From Candidatus Freyarchaeum deiterrae (GTDB taxonomy: Archaea; Asgardarchaeota; Jordiarchaeia; Jordiarchaeales; Jordiarchaeaceae), in the NCBI GenBank assembly GCA_037305845.1, contig CP147778.1:416001-480000 (forward strand): 64,000 bases of DNA, given 5' to 3'. Positions 32,379 through 42,279 of this stretch are shown piece after piece. The translations under genes were made by a program, and so were the position numbers. The notes beneath the pieces were generated by a model. That model had not been told where the DNA came from. It ran no database searches and saw nothing but the letters and a program-made list of their open reading frames with translations. Position 1 is the first letter of the stretch, and each line of letters begins with the position of its first letter.

Positions 32379-34403
32379 ATGAAAAAATCCTCGGTGGAGA
32401 AAAACCAACGCGGTAAACCCAATAAACACCCAACAAAATCACTAGGACCAGTCTCGAACCTCGAGGAATATGTTCTGCCCGATTGGTGGCGGCGTATTTT
32501 TAACTCCCTATATCTGAAAACCGATGCAGATGTAGTGGACGACCAGAAAATAACGAGCCAAGAAGTGGGTCTATTTTCCTCAATTCTGAAACTCTCGCAG
32601 GATGACAGAATTCTGGATCTATGCTGTGGACAGGGACGACACTCTCTGGAACTGGCCAGAAGAGGATTCAAGAACGTTGAAGGGATTGACCGCTCTCAGT
32701 ATTTAATTCAAAAGGCTAAATCACAAGCCAAAAAAGAAGGACTGAACGTTCGGTTTAGAGAAGGCGACGCTAGAAAACTCCCCTATTCATCCGATACCTT
32801 TGACGCGGTTCTGATTCTAGGGAACAGTTTTGGCTATTTTGAAACCACTCACGACGACTTGAGAGTACTAAAAGAAGTACACAAGGTCCTAAAACCATGG
32901 GGCAAAGTGCTCATAGATGTTGCTGATGGAGAATTCTTGAGGGAGAATTTCCAGCCCCGATCATGGGAATGGATAGACAAAAAACACTTCGTCGTCAGGG
33001 AAAGATCAATTTCTGCCGACGGCCAGCGTCTTATCTCAAGGGAAATAATTACAAACGCAGAGAAGGGGGCACTTGCCGACCAATTCTATGCGGAGAGACT
33101 ATACACAAAGGAAAGCATAATTAACCTTTTGAAAACAGCGGGCTTAAACAGTACCACTTTCCACGGCGAAATCTTCACAGATTCTCAGCGTAACCAGGAT
33201 CTGGGTATGATGGAAAGACGGCTCATAGTCACATCCGTGGTCAGAAAAGACTGGGCTCCTATCAAAAGGAAGCCAGGAGAAGAAGTGAGAAACGTAGTAG
33301 TAATTCTAGGCGACCCCAAAAAACCTGACCACCTAAAGCCGGGCGCAGTGTTCGACGACGACGACTTGTACACGATTGACCAGATGAAGGACGCTTTAAG
33401 GGAACTAAAAGGCTACAGCTTCTCATACCTGAGTAACCACGATACCCTGCTTCAGGATTTAATGAAACTGAAGGGTAAAGTAGACTACGTCGTTAACCTC
33501 TGTGATGAAGGTTTATACAACGATCCAAGAAAGGAGCTACACGTTCCGGCCTTTCTAGAGCAGCTTAACATACCTTACACTGGTTCAGGCCCTCAGTGTC
33601 TAGCTCACTGCTACGACAAATCCTTGGTGCGGGGTGTTGCAAAGGAAATGGGAGTTCCTGTTGCTAAAGCCATCCTCATTAAATCTGGTGATGCAACCGT
33701 TGATTTGACTTTCAGTTTCCCAGCTATGGTGAAGCCGAACTTTGGTGACTCCAGCTTCGGAATTACACAAAAGAGTGTTGTAAATAGCTCTGAAGAACTT
33801 CTAAACGCAGTTTCCGATGTCCGCGAAAAGTTTGGGTACAATAAACCAATCCTTGTTGAAGAATTCCTCTCTGGAAAAGAAGTCACCGTGGGGATAATTG
33901 GAAATCCCCCTGAGTCGTATAAAGTGTTACCCATCGTAGAGGAAGATTATTCGTCGCTGCCTGAAGGACTCCCCAAAATCTGCGGATACGAAGCCAAGTG
34001 GCTCCCTGACTCCCCATACTGGAGCCTAACATCCAAAATAGCTGAACTATCGGACGAGACAAGAAACATCATCGTAAAAGGATCATTGATGTTATACGAA
34101 CGACTCGAAGTCCGAGATTACTGCCGTTTCGACTGGAGGCTGGACGCACGAGGCAATCCAAAACTCCTTGAGGTGAACCCGAACCCGGGATGGTGCTGGG
34201 ACGGACACATGGCGAAGATGTCAAAAATAGCAGGAATGACATACTCCGAAATGCTGGAAACTATTCTACAAGCCGCTGAACAACGAATAGGAATGCGTCC
34301 AATAAACGGTAAAAGCCTGCTAAATGGTAATGGCAAAAGTCATAACGGTAACGGTAAAAGCGAGGAGCAACACACGGTCCTAGTTTCACCAACACAAAAA
34401 TAG
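32379..34403 (+). CDS. Class I methyltransferase fused to a D-Ala-D-Ala-ligase-like ATP-grasp domain
   Basis: ILDLCCGQGRH (N-half); IPYTGS..DK, VKP..SSFGI, LVEEFLSGKE, RFDWR, LEVNPNPG (C-half). Confidence 0.88.
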   Translation: MKKSSVEKNQRGKPNKHPTKSLGPVSNLEEYVLPDWWRRIFNSLYLKTDADVVDDQKITSQEVGLFSSILKLSQDDRILDLCCGQGRHSLELARRGFKNVEGIDRSQYLIQKAKSQAKKEGLNVRFREGDARKLPYSSDTFDAVLILGNSFGYFETTHDDLRVLKEVHKVLKPWGKVLIDVADGEFLRENFQPRSWEWIDKKHFVVRERSISADGQRLISREIITNAEKGALADQFYAERLYTKESIINLLKTAGLNSTTFHGEIFTDSQRNQDLGMMERRLIVTSVVRKDWAPIKRKPGEEVRNVVVILGDPKKPDHLKPGAVFDDDDLYTIDQMKDALRELKGYSFSYLSNHDTLLQDLMKLKGKVDYVVNLCDEGLYNDPRKELHVPAFLEQLNIPYTGSGPQCLAHCYDKSLVRGVAKEMGVPVAKAILIKSGDATVDLTFSFPAMVKPNFGDSSFGITQKSVVNSSEELLNAVSDVREKFGYNKPILVEEFLSGKEVTVGIIGNPPESYKVLPIVEEDYSSLPEGLPKICGYEAKWLPDSPYWSLTSKIAELSDETRNIIVKGSLMLYERLEVRDYCRFDWRLDARGNPKLLEVNPNPGWCWDGHMAKMSKIAGMTYSEMLETILQAAEQRIGMRPINGKSLLNGNGKSHNGNGKSEEQHTVLVSPTQK

Positions 34404-34581
34404 AGGGGAAGTAAACAGATTCCCTTTTATTTTTTCATTTTCATTTTTTTAAAGAATTTCATAGTTGCAATTACTTCTTAATTCTAATTCTGATACATTT
34501 TTTATCTATTAAAAGTAAAAAAAAAGAAAAAAGTTTATCCTCTAAACTTGAGGAAGCTAGAAGATAAGACAATACCGGCTT

Positions 34582-35100
34582 TTATGGCTGCTGTGATTCC
34601 AGAACCTCTATTGTTTTACTGCAGAATTGAGGAAGATCCGCCGGCATACGGGATGTGACCAGTTTTCCATCTACTACAACCGGGCTGTCCTCGTAGATAC
34701 CGCCAGCATTCTTGAGGTCGGTGGCCACGGAGTACCAGCAAGTAGCTCTTTTGCCTCTGATAACATCGGCTTCGATCAACATTTGGGCTGCATGGCAAAT
34801 AGCGGCAATCACTTTTCCCTTCTTAAAAGCGGATTTAACTAGTTCAACCAATCCCTTGTTAATTCTCATACTGTCAGGTGCACGACCTCCGGGTATTACA
34901 ACTGCTACATAGTCGTCAATCTTCACTTGGTCGGGGGAAAAATCAGTCCTGTAAGGAACTCCGTACTTGCCGTGATAGCTTTCTTTAGCTTTAGCGCCGA
35001 CGATTTTCACTTCGTAGCCGGCTTCCTGAAGTCGATAATAGGGGTAAATGAATTCTGAATCTTCAAACCCGTCGTCAATCAAAATAATTATTTTTTTCAT
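34582..35100 (-). CDS. PfpI/DJ-1 family protein
   Basis: GFEDSE, IPGGRAP, AAICH, DGKLVTSR.PADLP. Confidence 0.92.
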   Translation of the reverse strand: MKKIIILIDDGFEDSEFIYPYYRLQEAGYEVKIVGAKAKESYHGKYGVPYRTDFSPDQVKIDDYVAVVIPGGRAPDSMRINKGLVELVKSAFKKGKVIAAICHAAQMLIEADVIRGKRATCWYSVATDLKNAGGIYEDSPVVVDGKLVTSRMPADLPQFCSKTIEVLESQQP

Positions 35101-35120
35101 CCTTATCCCCCATTAAGTCG

Positions 35121-35672
35121 TTATCCTTTCATGCTCATTGTTATTTTTATTTCGGCGAACATTTCTCTCTTCGCTTTGCAGATGGGGCAGATGTACGGCG
35201 GGTCGTCGCGGTAGACAACGTAGCCACACTGTCTGCAGTACCACAGCTTCTTCTTAATCTCAATAGGTTCTTCAGTTTCAACAGCTGCTTCCTCTTCAAC
35301 CTTCTTTTCAGCTACACCTTCCGTGGGCTGAAAAGCTCTAGACTGCTTCTCCATAGGTCTACGCTCAGGAATCGACGTCGAGGGAGCATTACCCTCATAC
35401 ACGTCCTGACTGACGTAAAGTGAGCAGTAGCACTGTCCGAATTCCGCTACATCTGGGTCTCGATAGTCGCAGGGACAAATTATATCCCGGTCGATGTCGA
35501 GTTTTCCTGCAGCTAGTCTGCAGGGACATGAGGGATATCCATAGCGTTCCCAATTCTTTTTAAGTCCTTCAATTAACCCCTTGAGAAAATCTGGATCCGG
35601 ATTTAGGTAGTAGCCGTAAGTCTTTGCGTCGCTTTCAGCTCTCTTCTTAACTTCATCCAAGGTTGGTGTCAA
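35121..35672 (-). CDS. Ferredoxin:thioredoxin reductase catalytic-type subunit with C-terminal rubredoxin-like domain (FDR-like)
   Basis: CPC..CPC..CYC motifs; C-terminal CxxCGY..CPIC. Confidence 0.92.
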   Translation of the reverse strand: MTPTLDEVKKRAESDAKTYGYYLNPDPDFLKGLIEGLKKNWERYGYPSCPCRLAAGKLDIDRDIICPCDYRDPDVAEFGQCYCSLYVSQDVYEGNAPSTSIPERRPMEKQSRAFQPTEGVAEKKVEEEAAVETEEPIEIKKKLWYCRQCGYVVYRDDPPYICPICKAKREMFAEIKITMSMKG

Positions 35673-35953
35673 AACTCTAAAGCCTCCTTTATATCGTCTA
35701 CACGATAACCGTTGATTAATTTGTTATCGTCTATAATTAATACAGGGAAAGAAAGAACTCCTCCTCTATTCACAATATCTTTCCTGATTTGGTCGTAATC
35801 ATCCTTTTCACATAAATCCACATCCACATACTCGTACTCTACACTGTTCTCCTTCAAAAGCTGCTTCGTTCTTCTACACCAAACACAGGTACTTATTGCG
35901 TACATCAGGACTTTGTGTTTATTTTTCGAACCCGGTACTTTTACAACATTCAT
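35669..35953 (-). CDS. Glutaredoxin/NrdH-like redoxin (methanoredoxin-like, CVWC)
   Basis: STCVWC, SFP cis-Pro; 4-nt overlaps with both neighbours. Confidence 0.9.
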   Translation of the reverse strand: MNVVKVPGSKNKHKVLMYAISTCVWCRRTKQLLKENSVEYEYVDVDLCEKDDYDQIRKDIVNRGGVLSFPVLIIDDNKLINGYRVDDIKEALEF

Positions 35954-37347
35954 TTTTCAGATTCCTCCTCTTCAACGTGTTTCAAATTACTAAAAGCCCA
36001 CTTTACAACCTCTGTTGCAGCGGGGTGAATATGCATAGCCAAAACAATTGGAGCATAACTCCCATTTCCATAATTCATCGCATTAACTACCTCCTGTATG
36101 AGTTCGGGTGCAAAGGGACCTATTATGTGCCCGCCCAGAATTTTTCCGGTATCATGCTGCACAATAACTTTTACAAATCCTTCCGGTTCACCCATCGAAG
36201 AACCTTTAGCCGTTTCCTTGTAGGTGTAGTAGCCCACCAGAATCTTCTTGAACTCTTTTTTCGCATCGGCCTCCGTTAAGCCTACCGACGCGATTTGGGG
36301 ATGAGTGAAAACTGCGTGTGGCGTAGCAAATAGATCCACTGGCACCTTATTTTTATCAAAAGCGTTATGTACCGCGACTTGAGCCTCATAATTAGCTGCG
36401 TGTCTAAACATCTGTTTATCAATAGCATCTCCGAAGGCCCAAATATTTTTCTTGGTGGTTTCAAGAAACTCATTAACCTTTATGAATCCCTTGCTGTCCA
36501 CCTGTACACCAGTTTTCTCCGGCTTAAGCAGATCAGAGTTAGGCTTGCGTCCCGCAGCTATCATCAAAGCCTCAGCTGAAAACTCCTTTTCCTGCTGATT
36601 GGTTGTATCCTTAGCCACTACGGTTTTGACGCTATTCGTCTCTTTGAGTTCAACTACCTGATGATTCATGTATATCGCCATTCTTTTTTCCATTTCCTTC
36701 TTGAGCAAGTCTGAAACCTCTGGCTCTTCAGCCGGTACAAGTCTTGGTCCCAGTTCAACCATTGTAACTTCGGTGCCCATGCCTGCGAAGAAATGAGCGT
36801 ACTCGCAGCCAATGTATCCTCCACCAATAATAACGATGCTTTTGGGTAGTTCTTCCAGCTCTAGGACGGTCTCATTCGTTAAATATTGAACACTATCAAT
36901 TCCTTTAAATGGAGGGATAAGTGGCCTCGCTCCAGAGACAATGAATATTTTATCCCCCTTTATCTTCATGTCTCTTATCTGCATCGTGTAATCCGAAACA
37001 AACTCACCCACATCCTGGAACCACTGAATATTCGGATCTGCTTTCACACCCTTAGCCATTCCTTGATTCTCTTCAGTGACAAGGTGGTGCATCCGATGCA
37101 TAATATTTTGAAAGTCAATCGACTCTATCTTAGCCTTTATACCGATTTTCTCTGCTTCCTGAATCATAGCAACAACGTCAGCGGGGTAGATAAGCATCTT
37201 TGAAGGAATGCAACCCCAGTTAAGGCAAGTTCCACCCAGCGGGGGTCCCTTATCAATCAAAGCTACTTTCAGACCGCTCTCAACAGCTTCCGAAGCCACC
37301 ATCATTCCAGAACCTGAACCAATAACAATCACGTCAAACTTATCCAT
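35950..37347 (-). CDS. Pyridine nucleotide-disulfide oxidoreductase (dihydrolipoamide dehydrogenase/mycothione reductase family)
   Basis: IGSGSG, GGTCLNWGCIPSK, GGGYIG, C-terminal HPAATE. Confidence 0.9.
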   Translation of the reverse strand: MDKFDVIVIGSGSGMMVASEAVESGLKVALIDKGPPLGGTCLNWGCIPSKMLIYPADVVAMIQEAEKIGIKAKIESIDFQNIMHRMHHLVTEENQGMAKGVKADPNIQWFQDVGEFVSDYTMQIRDMKIKGDKIFIVSGARPLIPPFKGIDSVQYLTNETVLELEELPKSIVIIGGGYIGCEYAHFFAGMGTEVTMVELGPRLVPAEEPEVSDLLKKEMEKRMAIYMNHQVVELKETNSVKTVVAKDTTNQQEKEFSAEALMIAAGRKPNSDLLKPEKTGVQVDSKGFIKVNEFLETTKKNIWAFGDAIDKQMFRHAANYEAQVAVHNAFDKNKVPVDLFATPHAVFTHPQIASVGLTEADAKKEFKKILVGYYTYKETAKGSSMGEPEGFVKVIVQHDTGKILGGHIIGPFAPELIQEVVNAMNYGNGSYAPIVLAMHIHPAATEVVKWAFSNLKHVEEEESEK

Positions 37348-37734
37348 AATCTCACCTCAAAAAACATTACAAAAACCAATAGCCAAGACACCAGCCATGA
37401 TTTTCAAGCCCTCCACATACATAAACCAGAAATACAAGACTGTATCCAAACAGAAACCAGAAATACAAACACACTATAATACCTTATATCAATAAACGAA
37501 TGTATATAAGAATTTTGATAAACTCCCCCCAGCAAAATTATTCACCTCACTATCTAAATAGCAGAATTTAACGAATTTTATTGTATAGAAATTTTTAAAA
37601 AGAAGATTTCTTAACTGAAGTAAAGTTAGGTCTTTTGAGAAGTGTCCCGCTATCGAAAGCCACATTGGTTAATTCTTCTCTAAACAGTCGCTCAATAGTT
37701 GCAGCTTTTCGTTGCAAACTTGCGAGGAGTCGGT

Positions 37735-38448
37735 ATGATTTCCAGAAAGCATATGACGGAGATAAGTGAGTTCGATAATTGGACAGGGAATGGGATTCCA
37801 TCGGGTAACTATCTTGTTCTCGGTCCTCCCAAGGTTGGAAAGAAGGTTTTTGTGGATCAAGTCGCTTACTTATCTGCCTCTAAGAACCAGCCTGTTGTCT
37901 ACATTACTCTAGATGGTTCACCTGACAGCATTAAGGCGCGTATGATGGAATTCAGCTGGAATGCGGAAGCTTTAGAGAGAAAGAACCTGTTTCAGTTTGT
38001 GGACGGATTCACCATGTGGTACACTCATCCCCCATCAGGCGATAACGAGTTCGCTGTGGAGAGTTTAACGAATGTTTCCAAACTTTTGTCAGTTATTGTC
38101 ACTGCACTAGATAAGGTTGGAGAGGATGGAATCATTATCTTCTCAACTCTCTCTACCTTAATGGAGCACGCGGGATTCCAGAGGTCGTACAGTTTCATGA
38201 CCGGGTTGAAGGCAATAATCGAGGAGAGAAGCGGCCTCGGATTCACCGTGCTGACCAGCGGCATGCACTCGGAAGGAGAGATAAACGCATTCAAGCACAT
38301 TGTTGACGGAATAATCGAGATGCAGTACAAGCCCACAGGCGGAGAGATGAAACGAAGGATGAGAGTAATAGGGATAGGAGCGAGACTGGACTACCTTGAC
38401 TGGAAAGAGTTCAACATCACAACTAGCGGAATCAAGTTAAGCATGTAG
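37735..38448 (+). CDS. KaiC/RAD55-like single-domain ATPase homolog with degenerate Walker motifs
   Basis: GIPSG..LVLGPPKVGKK, VVYITLD, FVD, IIFSTLS, HIVDGIIEM; GAGGAG SD. Confidence 0.8.
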   Translation: MISRKHMTEISEFDNWTGNGIPSGNYLVLGPPKVGKKVFVDQVAYLSASKNQPVVYITLDGSPDSIKARMMEFSWNAEALERKNLFQFVDGFTMWYTHPPSGDNEFAVESLTNVSKLLSVIVTALDKVGEDGIIIFSTLSTLMEHAGFQRSYSFMTGLKAIIEERSGLGFTVLTSGMHSEGEINAFKHIVDGIIEMQYKPTGGEMKRRMRVIGIGARLDYLDWKEFNITTSGIKLSM

Positions 38449-38601
38449 CAACGGAGGCCATAACTTTTTCAGTGCCAAAAGCATAAATATTTCTAATTCG
38501 GAAAAAAAGTGTCTCAACTAAGTAATCACAATGTTTATAAAGTCTAACAAAGAGAAAAAAAGCCATATCAGTTGAATAAAATTTGGAGAGAGGTGTTTTT
38601 T

Positions 38602-39546
38602 GTGGTAATTAGTGTACATGGTCATATACTCAATAAGGATATGTGGTCTGATACCTTCTGGGATTGGCAAGCCAGAACCTTTCAACTGGCTTTCGGTATC
38701 CCCAAGGAAATGTATTTTCAACAGATACTGCCCCAAGTAGCGGGGTTCAATGCGGAGGGGTACGTTAAGGTAATGGAGACTGCGGGCATCGATAAGGCGT
38801 TGGTTATGGGAGTTGACTGGGGAATGTCCGTGGCCGGCGAAGCCAAATGGTCCGTGGAAGAGATGAACCATTGGGTTGCAAAACAGGTAGACGAATACCC
38901 CGATAAGCTCGCAGCCCTCTGCGCCGTGGACCCTCGAAGAGGAGAAAGAGCGGTTAAACTGCTCGCGAAAGCGGTAGAAGAGTGGGGAATGAAGGGACTC
39001 AAATTCCACCCCACCGCAGGTTACTATCCGGATGACCCCAAGTACTTCCCTCTCTATAAGAAATGCGTAGAACTCGATGTACCACTTCACTCACACACCG
39101 CGGTAATAATGGCTCCAATGGAATCCAAATTTGCGGACCCCATACACCTCGACAGCGTTGCGGCGCACTTTCCCGAACTAAAGATAATCGCAATTCACTT
39201 CGGGGGACTTTGCTGGATGCTTAAGTGTATGGATATAATGTGCTTCAGACCCAATGTTTATGCAGAAATCTCGGCACAACAGCCTGGTGCGGCTGGTATG
39301 CCCCAATACTGGCTGACCACTCTAAGAAACATTCTCAACGTACCAGCACTAGTGGGATCTTCTCTCAAAGAGAGGATAATGTTTGGCACCGACTCGCCCT
39401 TAATCACGACCGTAATGGGTGACGACAAATGGGTAGATTGGATCAAAAACATCCCAGAAAAAGCCAAGGAATACGGCTTAAACTTCACCCAAGAAGAAGT
39501 CAACAAAATCCTCAGCGAAAACGCAAAGAGGATACTAAAACTATAA
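38602..39546 (+). CDS. Amidohydrolase family 2 protein
   Basis: VHGH, VDPR, KGLKFHP, LHSHT, FPELKIIAIHFG, IMFGTDSP, ENAKRIL. Confidence 0.9.
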   Translation: MVISVHGHILNKDMWSDTFWDWQARTFQLAFGIPKEMYFQQILPQVAGFNAEGYVKVMETAGIDKALVMGVDWGMSVAGEAKWSVEEMNHWVAKQVDEYPDKLAALCAVDPRRGERAVKLLAKAVEEWGMKGLKFHPTAGYYPDDPKYFPLYKKCVELDVPLHSHTAVIMAPMESKFADPIHLDSVAAHFPELKIIAIHFGGLCWMLKCMDIMCFRPNVYAEISAQQPGAAGMPQYWLTTLRNILNVPALVGSSLKERIMFGTDSPLITTVMGDDKWVDWIKNIPEKAKEYGLNFTQEEVNKILSENAKRILKL

Positions 39547-39586
39547 AACACACTAATTCACCCTTCTCTTTTTCTTTTCCACATAT

Positions 39587-39770
39587 ATGAAAGAGCAGGT
39601 AACTAAAGAACGGGTTGAAAGACGAAAACATGACTTAGCTGTTGCAAAACTTCTTCTCAGAGAGGGGAAGTATTTAGATCTGGCAGTTTTCCATATTGTC
39701 AGGCAATTGAGAAATATCTAAAAGGTTATCTTATTTATAAAAGCGGGGATTAAAGAAGATACACGACCTT
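39587..39770 (+). pseudogene. Degraded HEPN-domain gene
   Basis: Read across two frameshifts: MKEQVTKE..HDLAVAKLLLREGKYLDLAVFH / QAIEKYLKGYLI / LKKIHDL, the HEPN signature; then degenerates. Confidence 0.75.
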
Positions 39771-40151
39771 TTTCTTGGATTCAAGGAGAGCCCTAAAGAG
39801 TGGTCGAGTAAAGAGCCCAGAGTGATTATTTTTTTGATTAGTGTTTCAATGTTGAACTTGCTTGAAACTAGAACTGAAATTAAAAGCAGTTGGTTTCGTT
39901 TAAAGTGTGGAGGAGGCGAAAAAGAAGTACGAAAAAAAATAAGACGAAGTTATATCCGTATGTAAACTTCAAGAAAAAAATTATTTTGTTTGACATTGAG
40001 AGGTGGCGGTGATAAATAATAGTTTAAGATGTATCGCTGAAATCGAGGATAAAAATAAAGCTCGCTTGCTTATAACTCCAATTTGGGAAGAAATATGAAT
40101 TTCATATATATGTGTTTAGTCCATCAAATTTTTCTTTGATAACGAATTTAG

Positions 40152-40877
40152 GTGATGAAAATGTCTAAAAAGGAAACAATCAGCAAGAAAAATGATAACC
40201 CCAAAGATGATGCGGAGGCATGGTTTATCAAGGGCAATGCATTGCTTCGTCTCGGAAAGCGTAAACAGGCGGTAAAATGCTACGATAAGGCTATAGAGAT
40301 AAAACCCAACTATGCATTGGCATGGCTTATCAAGGGCGCAGTATTGCATGGTCTCGGAAAGCCCGATGAGGCGGTAAAATGCTACGATGAGGCGATAGAG
40401 ATAAACCCCAACCATGCAGGTGCATGGCTTAACAAGGGCAAAGCATTGGGTGGTCTTGGAAAGCGTGAAGAGGCGGTAAAATGCTACGATAAGGCTATAG
40501 AGATAAACCCCAACCATGCATCGGCATGGCTTATGAAAGGCAAAGCATTGGGTGGTCTTGGAAAGCGTGAAGAGGCGGTAAAATGCTGTGATAAAGCTGT
40601 AGAGATAAACCCCAACTATGCATCGGCATGGCTTAACAAGGGCGCAGTATTGCATGGTCTCGGAAAGCTTGATGAGGAGTTAAAATGCTACGATAAGGCT
40701 ATAGAGATAAAACCCAACTATGCATTGGCATGGCTTAACAAGGGTTTAACATTGGACGATCTTGGAAAGCGTGATGAGGCGGTAAAATGCTGTGATAAAG
40801 CTATAAAAATAAACCCCAACATTGCAAAGATATACCCCAACCTTGCAAAGAAATTGCGCAGATTATCAAGGAGATAG
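40152..40877 (+). CDS. Tetratricopeptide repeat protein (6 TPRs)
   Basis: AW..KG..L..LGK..EA..CYDKAIEI.P repeated at a 34-aa period. Confidence 0.93.
   Translation: MMKMSKKETISKKNDNPKDDAEAWFIKGNALLRLGKRKQAVKCYDKAIEIKPNYALAWLIKGAVLHGLGKPDEAVKCYDEAIEINPNHAGAWLNKGKALGGLGKREEAVKCYDKAIEINPNHASAWLMKGKALGGLGKREEAVKCCDKAVEINPNYASAWLNKGAVLHGLGKLDEELKCYDKAIEIKPNYALAWLNKGLTLDDLGKRDEAVKCCDKAIKINPNIAKIYPNLAKKLRRLSRR
40218..40820 (+). repeat. Six near-identical 102-bp tandem repeats encoding the TPRs
   Basis: GCATGG(C/T)TTA at 40218, 40320 and onward every 102 bp; GGTAAAATGCT..GATAA.GCT.TAGAGATAAA recurs. Confidence 0.9.
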
Positions 40878-41259
40878 AGTCTGGAACCGATAGGGCGGGG
40901 AACATGACCCAATACTGTTCGAAAGATTGTGTCGAGATGGCTGAGGGGAGCTTGTCTAGAACCGTTTGTATACATCAACTCGGTTTTTTGGAGGATTATG
41001 AGGCGGGTTGTGTGAACATGAATCGTTTGCGAACCCCCATTTCTGGGCGCTATAAAGCATCACTGCTGTGCTGCCTGCTGGACCGGTAGTTGCAGGGCAC
41101 CTGTATGGTGGGCTAGCGCTTTACATTCGTCATATGAACACTTCAGCTAGCAGCGCTTACCATGTACTTTGTCGATTGGGATGGGCTCAAAAAGGAAGCA
41201 GAACGCTTCAGGAAGTCCTTCAAGTTCGGATTAAATTTCCAAATAGACTGTAGCCAGCT

Positions 41260-42129
41260 TTAGGCTTGATAGAAGCTTCTTGAAGGTTTCACTTTTTTGC
41301 TGGATTTGATAAAGGTGCCTTCGTCCAGTTCTCGAAAGGCCTTCGACAGCTCCTCCTCAGTATTCATAACAATAGGCCCTCCCCAAGCCACAGGTTCATT
41401 TAGTGGTTTTCCTGATACAAACAAAAAGCGAAACCCGTCCTTTGACTCTATTCTGATGCTGTCGCCCTCATCAAACAGAGCACAGTGTTGGGATTCTATC
41501 AATGTACCATCGGAGTAGCCTGAACCTTCAATTGCGTGGGCAAACACTCTGCAGCCCCTTTCGGTTGCGTGTTCAAACGCCTTCCCAGCGGCCAATTTTA
41601 CATCGAAGTATTCAACATCAACCGACAAATCTTGAACCGGCCCCCTCGTCCCATCGATCTCCCCTGATATAACCTTAATTTCAACCCCTTCCTCTTCTAA
41701 TGTAGGAAGTTGTTCTTTTGTGATTCCACGGTATTTTGGTTCAGTCATCTTCTTTTTTGCGGGCAGGTTCACCCAGAGTTGGAATCCCGTCATTAGACCA
41801 TTGTATCTTTTCGGCATTTCTTGGTGGATTATGCCTGACCCCGCAGTCATCCACTGAACATCTCCAGACCTTATTACTCCGCTGTTACCTATGCTATCGC
41901 CGTGCGCCACTTCTCCACTCAGCATGTAGGTGACGGTTTCAATTCCTCTGTGGGGATGCCATGGAAACCCCTTGATGTAGTCCTCTGGATTATCTGAACC
42001 AAAATTATCTAGAAGTAGAAATGGGTCGAACATAGGAACCTCATTGAAGGCAAAAACTCGCTTGAGCCTAACACCCGCGCCATCCACTGTCGTTCTACCT
42101 TTCAGAATATTCTTAACTTTTCTCCTCAT
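41260..42129 (-). CDS. Pirin family protein
   Basis: DPFLLLD, GFPWHPHRGIETVTY, QWMTAGSGIIHQE, QLWVNLP, GPIVMN. Confidence 0.95.
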   Translation of the reverse strand: MRRKVKNILKGRTTVDGAGVRLKRVFAFNEVPMFDPFLLLDNFGSDNPEDYIKGFPWHPHRGIETVTYMLSGEVAHGDSIGNSGVIRSGDVQWMTAGSGIIHQEMPKRYNGLMTGFQLWVNLPAKKKMTEPKYRGITKEQLPTLEEEGVEIKVISGEIDGTRGPVQDLSVDVEYFDVKLAAGKAFEHATERGCRVFAHAIEGSGYSDGTLIESQHCALFDEGDSIRIESKDGFRFLFVSGKPLNEPVAWGGPIVMNTEEELSKAFRELDEGTFIKSSKKVKPSRSFYQA

Positions 42130-42279
42130 AGTAATAACACCAAATACCTATCCTTCCCTTTTACTCGCGTAAATTAACCCCGAGCCATTACATTATTGTA
42201 TTGCATATCAAATTCATAATATTTTCGGGTGGTTTTGGGACAAAATTAATTTCACTCTTTATTAAGGAACCTATACGCT

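Noticed and set aside
37422-37468. Direct repeat AAACCAGAAATACAA x2 upstream of the disulfide reductase operon
   Set aside because: Lies in low-complexity A/C-rich DNA; only two copies
40116-40655. 179-aa Cys-rich antisense ORF
   Set aside because: Shadow of the TPR repeats on the opposite strand
40218-40820. Regular repeats as a CRISPR array
   Set aside because: 102-bp in-frame coding units with no unique spacers and no cas genes
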